IMG/VR virus record: IMGVR_UViG_3300032397_000009
Direction: 5' to 3' (one strand)
Length of the DNA: 64,000 nt
DNA from: an uncultured virus (IMG/VR IMGVR_UViG_3300032397_000009)
Taxonomy: Duplodnaviria; Heunggongvirae; Uroviricota; Caudoviricetes
In this document: one piece after another, positions 46,198-54,602 of the stretch
Layout of the letters: each line of letters begins with the position of its first letter
Numbering within the stretch: position 1 is the first letter of the stretch
The notes under the pieces: model-generated
The model's database searches: none
The model's input: only the letters and a program-made list of their open reading frames with translations
What the model was told of the DNA's origin: nothing
Program-made: the position numbers and the translations under genes

Positions 46198-46532
46198 ATC
46201 ATGGTCCTTTCGTAGGCGAGCCAGCGAATGGCATCGCCTCTGTCGTTGTCGAGCGCCAGTCGGTAGTTCCGCTCCACCGGCGGCGCCTGGCGCATCAGGG
46301 TCACGAAGTCGGCGTAGATCTGCTGCCGGGTGCGGTGCTCCAGGTCGCCTACCGCGAGGCGCGTGCGGGCCCAGGGCTTGCCCTTGATGCCGGCGCGGAC
46401 GAGCAGGAGGTACTCGCGCTCGATCACGAGCGGGAAGGCGAGCACCATGCCTTCCTGGTGCTTGACGACCACCCGCCACACCGCGCCGTCGACGAAGTTG
46501 TCGAGCGGCGGCCTGGGCTTCCGCGGGCGCAT
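46194..46532 (-). CDS. hypothetical protein
   Basis: Start MRPRKP coupled to upstream stop. Confidence 0.55.
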   Translation of the reverse strand: MRPRKPRPPLDNFVDGAVWRVVVKHQEGMVLAFPLVIEREYLLLVRAGIKGKPWARTRLAVGDLEHRTRQQIYADFVTLMRQAPPVERNYRLALDNDRGDAIRWLAYERTMI

Positions 46533-47098
46533 CAGGTCGTCTGAGTCCCGTGCAACTCGATGACGACCGCCGACTCCGGGGGCTTCGGCCGGATCGTGCC
46601 GTTCACCGGACTGAAGATCCGCGACATGGACGCCATGGGCTCGACGATCATGATGCGCGGCATCGGCTCGTACACCTGATCGTAGACCACCACGCCGGTC
46701 GGCGCGGGATCGACGAGATAGGCCCACTGCGGCTCCTCGACGAGCTCGGGAACACCGGCGACCCGGAACCACGTCTTGTGGTCGAGGATGCAGTAGCCTG
46801 CCTCGACGGTGATCCCCGCGCGCTCCTCCTCGGTCCAGCCGTCCCAGAGACGCTGCGCGAGCTCCTCGCCCGGCATGGGCAGGAACTGGTTGTCGAGGCG
46901 GCCCTCGTCGACGCCCTCGACCGTGTTCTTCATCTCGAGCCCGAGCTGCTCGAGCACCCTGGTGCGGTCGCGCGCGATGAGCTTGTGCAGCCGCTGCACG
47001 ACGCCGTGCAGCTTCATCTTGTGGTACTCGGGGAGCGACTGCCGAGGGGCGTGCATCTCGCGACGGGCCTCTTCGAGCACTTCGTTGACATCGTCCAT
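46532..47098 (-). CDS. hypothetical protein
   Basis: GGAGG RBS before MDDVNE. Confidence 0.6.
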   Translation of the reverse strand: MDDVNEVLEEARREMHAPRQSLPEYHKMKLHGVVQRLHKLIARDRTRVLEQLGLEMKNTVEGVDEGRLDNQFLPMPGEELAQRLWDGWTEEERAGITVEAGYCILDHKTWFRVAGVPELVEEPQWAYLVDPAPTGVVVYDQVYEPMPRIMIVEPMASMSRIFSPVNGTIRPKPPESAVVIELHGTQTT

Positions 47099-47148
47099 GT
47101 TCACCTCCATGCGGGAGGTGCCGGAAATTGTAGTGCGCGTCAAGTTTA

Positions 47149-47478
47149 TTACAGGAGGTTCGGTTCGGGAGGGGAGGGCTTGATGGTCAGGAGGGTTTCC
47201 CACCATGTGGGATCCTTGATCAGGTCGTCGAACAGCCGCACCAGGAGGTAGGACAGCCCGCCGACGGCCGAGGCGCTGCGGATGTAGTCGATCAGGAAAT
47301 CGAGCTTCTCAGGATGACGCCTGATGGCCTCCTCGAGCCCGGCGAGGGTCTGGAGTGCGGCCCCCTGGGGAACGGTCTGGTGAGCCTCCCAGCGCCGTAA
47401 GGTGCGAAGGTCGGTGTTGAGCAGCCGACAGAACTCCTCTTCTGTCATGCGGAGCAGGGAGCGCAAGTTTGTTTCCAT
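47149..47478 (-). CDS. XRE-type HTH regulator
   Basis: LRMTEEEFCRLLNTDLRTLRRWE...P. Confidence 0.75.
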   Translation of the reverse strand: METNLRSLLRMTEEEFCRLLNTDLRTLRRWEAHQTVPQGAALQTLAGLEEAIRRHPEKLDFLIDYIRSASAVGGLSYLLVRLFDDLIKDPTWWETLLTIKPSPPEPNLL

Positions 47479-47488
47479 GTCATTCCTC

Positions 47489-49093
47489 CTATGCGACGTT
47501 GGCGCGCACCACGGCCTCAGCGACCTGTGGACACACCGAGTTTCCTACCAGAGCGATCTGCGCCGTCTTCGTGAGCCGGCGCCCGTTGTACTCGGGATCG
47601 ATCTCGTATCCTTCCGGGAATCCCTGCGCCCGGTACAACTCGTGCGGCTGGAGCATCCGCATTCCGATATCCGCGATCTCGTACGGCTCGCCCTCCACCA
47701 TCACCAGACCGAATCTCGCCTTCGACGTCAGCGTGTGCAGAGGCTCGTCGAGCGACGCGCCGATCGCCGTCCCGTAGTACTTCACCAGGAACGCCCGGAC
47801 CTCGCCGAGGTGCCCTCCCCAGGCTTGGCCCGTCACGGTCGGCACCGGCGAGTCCATGCTCGAGCCCACGGCCGTTCCGTAGAACTTCGTCAGGAACGCG
47901 GTCGTCAGGGCGTGGTGGTCGCGCGCCGTCACCGTCCCCATGGGCCTCCTAAGTCCGTGACCCACGACCCCGCCGTAGTGCTTCGTCATCAGCGCCGCCA
48001 CGAGCGCCTGATGCCCACCTCCCCCGGCCGTGATCGTCCCCACGGGACGCTGGAGGTTCCTTCCCACGCTATTTCCGTGGTGGATCATCAGCGACGCCGC
48101 GACCAGGGCGTGCTTGACTCCTCCCGAGACGATCGTCCCGAGCGGCTTCTCCAGCCCCGGCACCCTCGGTGTCTGCCCCAGACGCTCGCCCCAGCCTCGA
48201 GCGATGAGGGTCGGCACGATCAGCGACAGTTCACCTCGGTGCGCTGCCGTGATCGTTGCCATCGGATCGTCGACAGATCGCCCACGGAATCCTCCTTGGT
48301 GCGTCAGCGGCACGATGAACGGATTCGCCGCTTCGAGCACGTACCGCTTGATGCCCTCCGCGATGCGCCGCATCGTGGCCTCTGCCAGCGGGCGCTGTCG
48401 CTCGAAGATCGACGGGCAGTCCAGACTCCAATCGATCACCTCGGCCGCGGACCGCCACGACTTCTCCCTGCCCTTTCCATGACTCGGTTTTGGCCATGCA
48501 CTCCTCGACCCGTCTCTTCTCGCCACGAGGAACAGGCGCTTGCGCGTCGTCGGCGTGCCGTAGTCCGCGGCAACCAGCGACTTGAACTCGATGCTGTAGC
48601 CCAGGTCTGTCAACTGCGACATCCACGCGCGGAACGTCTCGCCCTCCCGATCCGGATCCGGAGTCCCATCAGGACCGAGCGGCCCCCAGGTCTGGAACTC
48701 CTCCACGTTCTCGAGAATGATGACCCGCGGCTTCACCGTCTGAGCCCACCGGATCACCACCCATGCCAGCCCGCGGATCGTCTTGTCCCTGGGCTTCCCG
48801 CCACGCGCCCGTGAGAAGTGCGTGCAGTCCGGAGAAAACCACGCCAGACCGACCGGCGTCGACCCACACGCCTCCTTCGGATCCACGGTCCAGATGTCCT
48901 CGCAGTAGTGCTTCGTCTCGGGGTGGTTCGCGCGGTGCATCGCGATGGCCTCGGGGCTGTGGTTGATCGCGATGTCCACCGGGCGACCGAGCGCGGCCTC
49001 GATGCCCGTGCTAGCCCCGCCACCTCCGGCGAAGTTGTCGACGACGAGCTCCCCAGGGAGAGCTCTGAACAGCCGAATCTCGATGTTTCTCAT
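47489..49093 (-). CDS. C5 cytosine DNA methyltransferase
   Basis: DNFAGGGG, SPDC, ENV, RKRLF, GNSVCP; repeated TIT/TVT variable region; start MRNIE. Confidence 0.93.
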   Translation of the reverse strand: MRNIEIRLFRALPGELVVDNFAGGGGASTGIEAALGRPVDIAINHSPEAIAMHRANHPETKHYCEDIWTVDPKEACGSTPVGLAWFSPDCTHFSRARGGKPRDKTIRGLAWVVIRWAQTVKPRVIILENVEEFQTWGPLGPDGTPDPDREGETFRAWMSQLTDLGYSIEFKSLVAADYGTPTTRKRLFLVARRDGSRSAWPKPSHGKGREKSWRSAAEVIDWSLDCPSIFERQRPLAEATMRRIAEGIKRYVLEAANPFIVPLTHQGGFRGRSVDDPMATITAAHRGELSLIVPTLIARGWGERLGQTPRVPGLEKPLGTIVSGGVKHALVAASLMIHHGNSVGRNLQRPVGTITAGGGGHQALVAALMTKHYGGVVGHGLRRPMGTVTARDHHALTTAFLTKFYGTAVGSSMDSPVPTVTGQAWGGHLGEVRAFLVKYYGTAIGASLDEPLHTLTSKARFGLVMVEGEPYEIADIGMRMLQPHELYRAQGFPEGYEIDPEYNGRRLTKTAQIALVGNSVCPQVAEAVVRANVA

Positions 49094-49094
49094 C

Positions 49095-49325
49095 CTACAC
49101 CTCGCCGGCGAGGCGCTTGTAGACCAGACCGGGGACGTCGTCCTGCTCGGCGCTGCCGTCCTCGCCCTCGGTCCAGAGCACGCGGCGGCCGGCGCGGATC
49201 GTGGCACCCTCGTCGAGCCCGGCGACGAGCACGGCGGCGTCCTCGACGTGAACAGTTGCACCGCAGAGCTCGCCGTCGTCGTTGTACACGCGCCAGCGGA
49301 GTGTGCTGAGTGTCGTGCGTGTCAT
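49095..49325 (-). CDS. hypothetical protein
   Basis: AAGGAG RBS, packed. Confidence 0.6.
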   Translation of the reverse strand: MTRTTLSTLRWRVYNDDGELCGATVHVEDAAVLVAGLDEGATIRAGRRVLWTEGEDGSAEQDDVPGLVYKRLAGEV

Positions 49326-49328
49326 GGT

Positions 49329-49907
49329 TTACTCCTTCTCGATGTTCGACTCGATGGTTCCGTCGATGTACGCGACGACACGATCGAACAACCAGCGAGC
49401 CTCGATGACAGGATCGAGGTCGAGGTCGAGGTCGAGGTCGAGGTCGAGGGCGCGGGCGAGGGCGAGGTCGAGGGCGAGGTCGAGGTCGAGGTCGAGGGCG
49501 CGGGCGAGGGCGAGGTCGAGGGCGCGGGCGAGGGCGAGGTCGAGGTCGCGGGCGAGGTCGAGGGCGCGGTACGCTTGGCGCATTTCCAAATACGTGGCGC
49601 GCCCGAACGCAAACCGTCGGGCGACGGCCACGTATTCGGAAATGCGCCCCCCCCATTTCGGATCGCGCGTCGCCACGTATCCGGCCGCGCGATCGAGGAT
49701 GTCGCAGATGAGCAGAACGGCGTCGCGGTTGGTCGGCAGCAGCCGCGCGAGCACCCAACAGCGGTCAGACTCGGAAATGTCGAGCGCTGCGATCTGCGTT
49801 GCCGATAGCTCGCCATTCGGACCACCCATGAGTTCCTCGAGCCTAGAGCGAGGATACCTGTCACAGGGGTTGAGATGTTCGATGTGGTCTACGTTGAATG
49901 TTCTCAT
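49329..49907 (-). CDS. Imm5-like helical protein with DL/AL/AR dipeptide repeat
   Basis: ICDILDR...VARRFAFGRAT then (LDLA/LARA)n; GGAGGAG upstream. Confidence 0.6.
   Translation of the reverse strand: MRTFNVDHIEHLNPCDRYPRSRLEELMGGPNGELSATQIAALDISESDRCWVLARLLPTNRDAVLLICDILDRAAGYVATRDPKWGGRISEYVAVARRFAFGRATYLEMRQAYRALDLARDLDLALARALDLALARALDLDLDLALDLALARALDLDLDLDLDLDPVIEARWLFDRVVAYIDGTIESNIEKE
49413..49569. repeat. degenerate hexamer tandem repeat
   Basis: GTCGAG/GGCGAG/GCGCGG units. Confidence 0.9.
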
Positions 49908-50106
49908 CTACTCCTCCTTGCACTTCGCGCTCGCTTCGAGCGCCTCCTTGAGGGCGTCCGCGAACGTGGCGTGCTCGGAGAACGTGAAGCGCCCGTCGTT
50001 GTAGCGGATCGTCAACAACCAGATCCCCTCCTGCTTGCTCATGTACACGGATTTTATGTGCCTCTCCTTGTTGTGCGGCCCCCGCCGCTGTGCCTACCTG
50101 TACGAC

Positions 50107-50135
50107 ATGGTATTCGAGTGTTTTATTCAGCGCAA
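50107..50135 (-). promoter_or_regulatory. sigma70-like leftward promoter
   Basis: TTGCGC-N17-TACCAT. Confidence 0.5.
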
Positions 50136-50164
50136 GATAATTTACCTAACCAGGCCCAAAACGT

Positions 50165-50186
50165 CAGGTCTACCATGGTAGACCTG
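50165..50186. promoter_or_regulatory. perfect 22-bp palindrome, candidate operator
   Basis: CAGGTCTACCATGGTAGACCTG between divergent blocks. Confidence 0.55.
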
Positions 50187-50310
50187 CCAGTTGGATAATG
50201 CACCCTTATGACCCCGGTCGACGCATTTTTAAAATAATCTTGCCATTTCTGCGTCTGTCTTGGTAGCGTGCCAATGCGGCCGGCACGGCCGGCAACACAG
50301 GGAGGTCGTC

Positions 50311-50973
50311 ATGAATAAGCTGCTGCTGTCGATGGTTGTTCTCCTCGCCGGGTGCGGCGACGACCCTGGGTGGTATCCGGAAAGCGACGGGGGTGATGCC
50401 GACACGGACACCGACACGGACACCGATACCGATACGGACACCGATACCGATACGGACACCGACACCGACACGGATACCGACACGGACACCGATACCGACA
50501 CTGATACGGATACCGACACCGACACCGACACGGATACCGACATCGACACGGATACCGACACCGACAGCGACCCGGAGTGCGTCGAGGGCAGCCTCGACAC
50601 CTCCACGGGGCTATGCTGGAGCCCTGCAACCGACAGCACGACGTCAGTCTGGGGCGCGACTGACTACTGCGACGCCATGACGCTCGACGGGCAGGACGAC
50701 TGGCGCCTCCCTACCCGCGCGGAGATGATCGGGATCCTCTCAGGTTGCGACAGCGACGTCTCCGGGGGTGGCAGTGGTATGTGCAACTCGTGCGAGGAAA
50801 GCCCGACGTGCGCGGCCCTCCTCGGGTGGAATCCGTACGATTTCTGGACCGGTACGCCGCAGAGCGGTGACGGCTGGAGCTATTGGTGGGTGGTCGACTA
50901 CGGGACCGGCAGTGTCAGTTGGGATTACTGCGGCGGCGCGCATCGCACACACTGCGTGCGCTCGACGCTGTAG
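50311..50973 (+). CDS. lipoprotein with Asp-Thr repeat and DUF1566/Lcl-like domain
   Basis: GGAGG RBS; LLAGC lipobox; DTSTGLCW, DDWRLPTRAEM, FWT, HCVR. Confidence 0.85.
   Translation: MNKLLLSMVVLLAGCGDDPGWYPESDGGDADTDTDTDTDTDTDTDTDTDTDTDTDTDTDTDTDTDTDTDTDTDTDTDIDTDTDTDSDPECVEGSLDTSTGLCWSPATDSTTSVWGATDYCDAMTLDGQDDWRLPTRAEMIGILSGCDSDVSGGGSGMCNSCEESPTCAALLGWNPYDFWTGTPQSGDGWSYWWVVDYGTGSVSWDYCGGAHRTHCVRSTL
50401..50562 (+). repeat. GAYACN hexamer repeat (27 units, Asp-Thr, one Asp-Ile)
   Basis: Direct reading. Confidence 0.92.
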
Positions 50974-50977
50974 ACCG

Positions 50978-51074
50978 GGGATTGCCCCCTGGACGGTGCT
51001 CTCGAGGCGCGGCGTGCGGGCCTCTCGAGCGCCACGCTCCCCCAACTCGGGGGCACCGTCGAGGGGGCGATCCC
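50978..51074 (+). other. long intergenic RNA hairpin
   Basis: 29-nt arms 50978-51006 and 51046-51074 with 3 G-U pairs and 1 mismatch. Confidence 0.7.
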
Positions 51075-51086
51075 GAGGAGGGTAAG

Positions 51087-51437
51087 ATGATACCGAAATG
51101 TAACAATTGTCCGTGCCTGTTCTTTGACCCTGCATCGGACAGACCCCCGTGCGCCGAGCTGATAGATGAGAAGCACGCTCTCACCGCGCGGCTGGACGAG
51201 GCCGAGGCGAAGCACCTGAAAGCGTTTGAGGACTGCCTTGAGATCGTCCGCAAAGCGAACGCGAGACAGGCTGCGATGCAGAGGAAGTGCAAGGCGGCAG
51301 AGGAACTCGGAGCGAAGATCGTGCTCGACACGATAGCCGACACGGGGTTCTTCGGCATCACTGGAGAATACGGCGACCAGAGGAAGCGCGACGCTTTCGT
51401 TCATGCCGTCCTGACAAAGAAAGGTGGAGTGAGATGA
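51087..51437 (+). CDS. hypothetical protein (CxxC plus coiled coil)
   Basis: GAGGAGG RBS; MIPKCNNCPC. Confidence 0.6.
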   Translation: MIPKCNNCPCLFFDPASDRPPCAELIDEKHALTARLDEAEAKHLKAFEDCLEIVRKANARQAAMQRKCKAAEELGAKIVLDTIADTGFFGITGEYGDQRKRDAFVHAVLTKKGGVR

Positions 51438-51715
51438 GCCGCTGCACCCAGACCTACGGCGTCGGCCCCCAGTGCTGCCTCGACGAGGGACACGAGGGCG
51501 ATCACCTGTTCAAGTGCTGCTCGAGCACCTGTCCAGGTCTGCCCATCCCGGCGAGCACCATCGCCCATCCACCCAACTGTGGTGCCGGCGGCGCGAAGAA
51601 CCTGAAGCTCGTCGGGCGCCTCTGCTACCTGTGTGAGGCCCAGTTCGACGCGGAGCCCGGCGACGCGCGCGTGCTCTGCAACCGATGCGAGGAGGAGACA
51701 GGATGTCGACGATGA
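51434..51715 (+). CDS. Cys-rich small protein
   Basis: ATGA coupling; CxLxxGHxGxH, CYLC, CNRC. Confidence 0.6.
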   Translation: MSRCTQTYGVGPQCCLDEGHEGDHLFKCCSSTCPGLPIPASTIAHPPNCGAGGAKNLKLVGRLCYLCEAQFDAEPGDARVLCNRCEEETGCRR

Positions 51716-52200
51716 GGATCGTGTGTTCCGCCTGCGGCGGGACCGGGCTCTACGCGGGCTCGAGTGAGTGGGGGGACTGCGCGGTCGTCTGCACGCGCTG
51801 CCGAGGGACCGGGGGCGTCGATCTCGAGTACGAGGAGTTCAAGAACCGCAGGCCGGCCCAGCACATCAAGCGCGTGTTCAGGCAGATCGCCGGCGCGAAG
51901 CACACCCACAAGGACGCGGAGGGCATCAGGTTCTCGAAGGCCGGCTGCACCTATGCCAACTGGATCACCGGGACCGAGCCGCTCCCCGTCCGCGATCTCT
52001 ACTGTCCGTACCGCTGGACTGGACAGATGATGAAGCTGGAGTCCCACGAGGCGCACGAGCAGTACGAGCAGATGTGCTCGGACCACATCAACGCCCTGCT
52101 CGGCGAGAAAATCGAGCGCTGCCCGCGTCACCAGGATCCCGAAAAGCTCGCCGCTTGCTGGCGGCGTTTCGACGAGCTCACCAAAGGAGGGAAGTCATGA
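51703..52200 (+). CDS. protein with DnaJ-type CxxCxGxG zinc knuckles
   Basis: CSACGGTG...CTRCRGTG. Confidence 0.65.
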   Translation: MSTMRIVCSACGGTGLYAGSSEWGDCAVVCTRCRGTGGVDLEYEEFKNRRPAQHIKRVFRQIAGAKHTHKDAEGIRFSKAGCTYANWITGTEPLPVRDLYCPYRWTGQMMKLESHEAHEQYEQMCSDHINALLGEKIERCPRHQDPEKLAACWRRFDELTKGGKS

Positions 52201-52781
52201 TCACCAACCTGCCGAAGGCACACAACCTGCTATCGGCCCCGTTCGTCCTCACAGGAAAGGACATCATCAACAACCGGCACCTCTTCGCGGCTGAACTATT
52301 CGACACCGTCGAGCTGCGCCTCCACATCGAGTACCAGACCCACGAGCCCGAGGAGCCCGACGACTTCGACGACCTGATGGAGATCCGCAACTCCAAGCAC
52401 TTCGGCTTCGCCGGCAAGGTCACCTGCCCCGGCTGCGAGGAGGTCGACGACGACGAGACGTGCGAGTGGTGCGGCGGCAACGGCTTGGTGACCGTCGAGG
52501 CCTGGGACGAGTGGCTCGAGCAGGAGAAGGGCTGCAAGTCCTACGTCAAGGGCTGCGAGCGGGGCTGCAAGCGGAAATCGTGCCCCCACGACGAGCTGCG
52601 CTGCCTCCTCGACGTGCCCGTCCTGGTGCTCGAGGCGCGCAAGATGAGTGGCAACTGGACGTCCCGTGGGGACAGCGTGCAGGGCTTCAAGCTGAAGGGG
52701 ATAGTCGGAAAACCGGATGCGCTGCGTCGGTATCTATCCCTCGTCGCCACCTCCATCGGCTTCGGCCTCCTGGACGACTGA
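52197..52781 (+). CDS. Cys-rich hypothetical protein
   Basis: AGGAGG RBS; CPGC...CEWCGGNG. Confidence 0.6.
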   Translation: MITNLPKAHNLLSAPFVLTGKDIINNRHLFAAELFDTVELRLHIEYQTHEPEEPDDFDDLMEIRNSKHFGFAGKVTCPGCEEVDDDETCEWCGGNGLVTVEAWDEWLEQEKGCKSYVKGCERGCKRKSCPHDELRCLLDVPVLVLEARKMSGNWTSRGDSVQGFKLKGIVGKPDALRRYLSLVATSIGFGLLDD

Positions 52782-53822
52782 GCGTCTCCTCCGCTTCGGT
52801 TTCATGGTCTTCTCGCGCTCCTTCTGTCTCGCCATCATAGTTACCAGATGGGACTGGACCCGCTTGATGTCGCGGAGGCCCGAGAGGTGGGAAACGCCCA
52901 CGAAATTCTTCGTGAGCTCGAAGTAACGAAGCGCCGAGGCCCAGCGGCATGACAGGATCCAGTGCTTGGTCCACTCGACGCCGGCCTTGTCGAAAACGAA
53001 GTGCGCGACGCGGCGGATCGCGGTGTTCGCCGACTGCTCCCGCCATTCCCTGCTCGACTGCGGGGAAATGATATCGGCCACGGTCGTCCAGGTCCATGGC
53101 CACGCGAGGAGCGCCTCGAGCTCGGAACGCACGATCTCCGTCGGGATCGAGCGGGGGCCCCTCTTGGGACGCCACAGCACCAGGGATTCGGTGGACAGCG
53201 CGTGGGAGATCTGCTCGCGAGTCAGCACGCAGAGCTCGAGGATGCTCACGCCGGCCTTGAGGATCATGCGGAACGTCGGCCACCCCCAGGGCCACCGCGG
53301 GTCGTCGCGCAGCACCTCGGCCGCCTCGAGCAGCGCCTGGATCTCGGACCTCGTGTAGGGGCAGTACTGTGTTGCCTCGGCCTTGCGCTCGTAGACGATC
53401 TTCTTCTGCGAGCCCCTGATCTCCTGGATCTTGGCGATGAGATCGAGGTTCTTCGAGAAGCGCGCGTAGCGGAGCAGGCAGGTCTGAAAATTGGCGAGTG
53501 TGCTCTGCTTGTACGTCGTCGACAGGAGGATCTTCTCCGGATAGCTGCGGCTCTCGTCGTGGTTCCAGGTCAGACAGCACACGTTCCATACAGTGGCGGC
53601 GGCGTTCTGGGCGGTGCTCTCGTTCAGGCCCTCGTGCCGTACCAGCCAGCGCACGAAGTCCCTGAGGGCCTCCTGACCCTCCCGGTAGTGCTCGTGGACC
53701 GCCGTGACCAGGCGCTTGCTGTTGATCGTGCCGAACTCGACCTCCTGGCCCTCGAGTAGGCACTTGCCGCGGTCGAGCACATCGGGCCTGGTGTCGATCA
53801 TCCACTCCTTGAATTTTCTCAT
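52734..53822 (-). CDS. tyrosine-recombinase-fold protein, catalytic residues degenerate
   Basis: YTRSEIQALL, AGVSILELCVL, PKRGPRSIP, LSCRWASA, VSHLSGLRDIKRVQSH follow integrase box order. Confidence 0.7.
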   Translation of the reverse strand: MRKFKEWMIDTRPDVLDRGKCLLEGQEVEFGTINSKRLVTAVHEHYREGQEALRDFVRWLVRHEGLNESTAQNAAATVWNVCCLTWNHDESRSYPEKILLSTTYKQSTLANFQTCLLRYARFSKNLDLIAKIQEIRGSQKKIVYERKAEATQYCPYTRSEIQALLEAAEVLRDDPRWPWGWPTFRMILKAGVSILELCVLTREQISHALSTESLVLWRPKRGPRSIPTEIVRSELEALLAWPWTWTTVADIISPQSSREWREQSANTAIRRVAHFVFDKAGVEWTKHWILSCRWASALRYFELTKNFVGVSHLSGLRDIKRVQSHLVTMMARQKEREKTMKPKRRRRSVVQEAEADGGGDEG

Positions 53823-54601
53823 TCCACCACTCGCAGCGCGACTGACCCGCACCTCGGGCAAGCGCCGTAGAAGCCGGGGAGATCTGGCAGGTCGCCGAGG
53901 GACACCACCTCGAACGTGGACTGCTGCGGGCAGTCACAGCGCCAGACGTAGATCAGGTCGAAGTTGTCGAGTACGGGAGGAGGAGATCCCCCGCAGAACT
54001 CATCGAGGAACGCCTGGGCGGTCGGCCGGTGGAGCTCGAGGCCGATCCCGCCGGGAACGCCCGGAGGAACCTGAACGGCCACCAGAGAGGCGGATACGGG
54101 GCTCCAGGCGAAGGCCTTGGCCTCGGCCGACACGTCGGCGATCCGCTCGTCCTCGACCTCGTCGAAGTCGCGCTCGAGCACGTCGTCGAACGCGAGTTCC
54201 TCGGTGTACTCCCGAGTCTCCTCGTCGTACTCGAGGTCGGCGCCCATCACGAATGCTGTCGTCTTGTGGTGCCCATGCTCGCGTGCTCGACGCTTCCTAG
54301 TCCTCGGAACCAGGAACGAGAGCGACACGCAGGCCGGATCTCCACACGTCAGGGCCTCCCACCACTCCCCGCTCCGATGCCCCGAGGAGGGCGGGGGCTT
54401 GGGCCCTCCGCAGACGCCGCAGTAGTGCCGAGGCGACAGTGGTGTGCTCTTCGGAACCCGTCCGGGCTCGATGCCGGCGGCGCGCAGCACCGCGTACAGC
54501 GTCGACCGCGGCACACCGTGTCGAGCGGCCAGGGGCGCCACGCGCTCGCCGGCTAGGTACGAGGCGATCATGTCGTCCTTCGCTGACTGATCGAGGGGCA
54601 T
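53819..54601 (-). CDS. HTH plus zinc-finger protein
   Basis: YLAGERVAPLAARHGVPRSTLY; CGVC, CDC, CPRC. Confidence 0.65.
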   Translation of the reverse strand: MPLDQSAKDDMIASYLAGERVAPLAARHGVPRSTLYAVLRAAGIEPGRVPKSTPLSPRHYCGVCGGPKPPPSSGHRSGEWWEALTCGDPACVSLSFLVPRTRKRRAREHGHHKTTAFVMGADLEYDEETREYTEELAFDDVLERDFDEVEDERIADVSAEAKAFAWSPVSASLVAVQVPPGVPGGIGLELHRPTAQAFLDEFCGGSPPPVLDNFDLIYVWRCDCPQQSTFEVVSLGDLPDLPGFYGACPRCGSVALRVVE

Positions 54602-54602
54602 T

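Noticed and set aside
49094..49261. N-terminal extension of the methyltransferase
   Set aside because: Overlaps gene 49095..49325; ATG at 49093 has a GAGG upstream and precedes motif I
49282..50004. SR-like Arg-Ser repeat protein on the plus strand
   Set aside because: Antisense reading of the hexamer repeat; the minus-strand gene fits the operon
50229..50639. Ser-Val repeat ORF
   Set aside because: Antisense of the Asp-Thr lipoprotein
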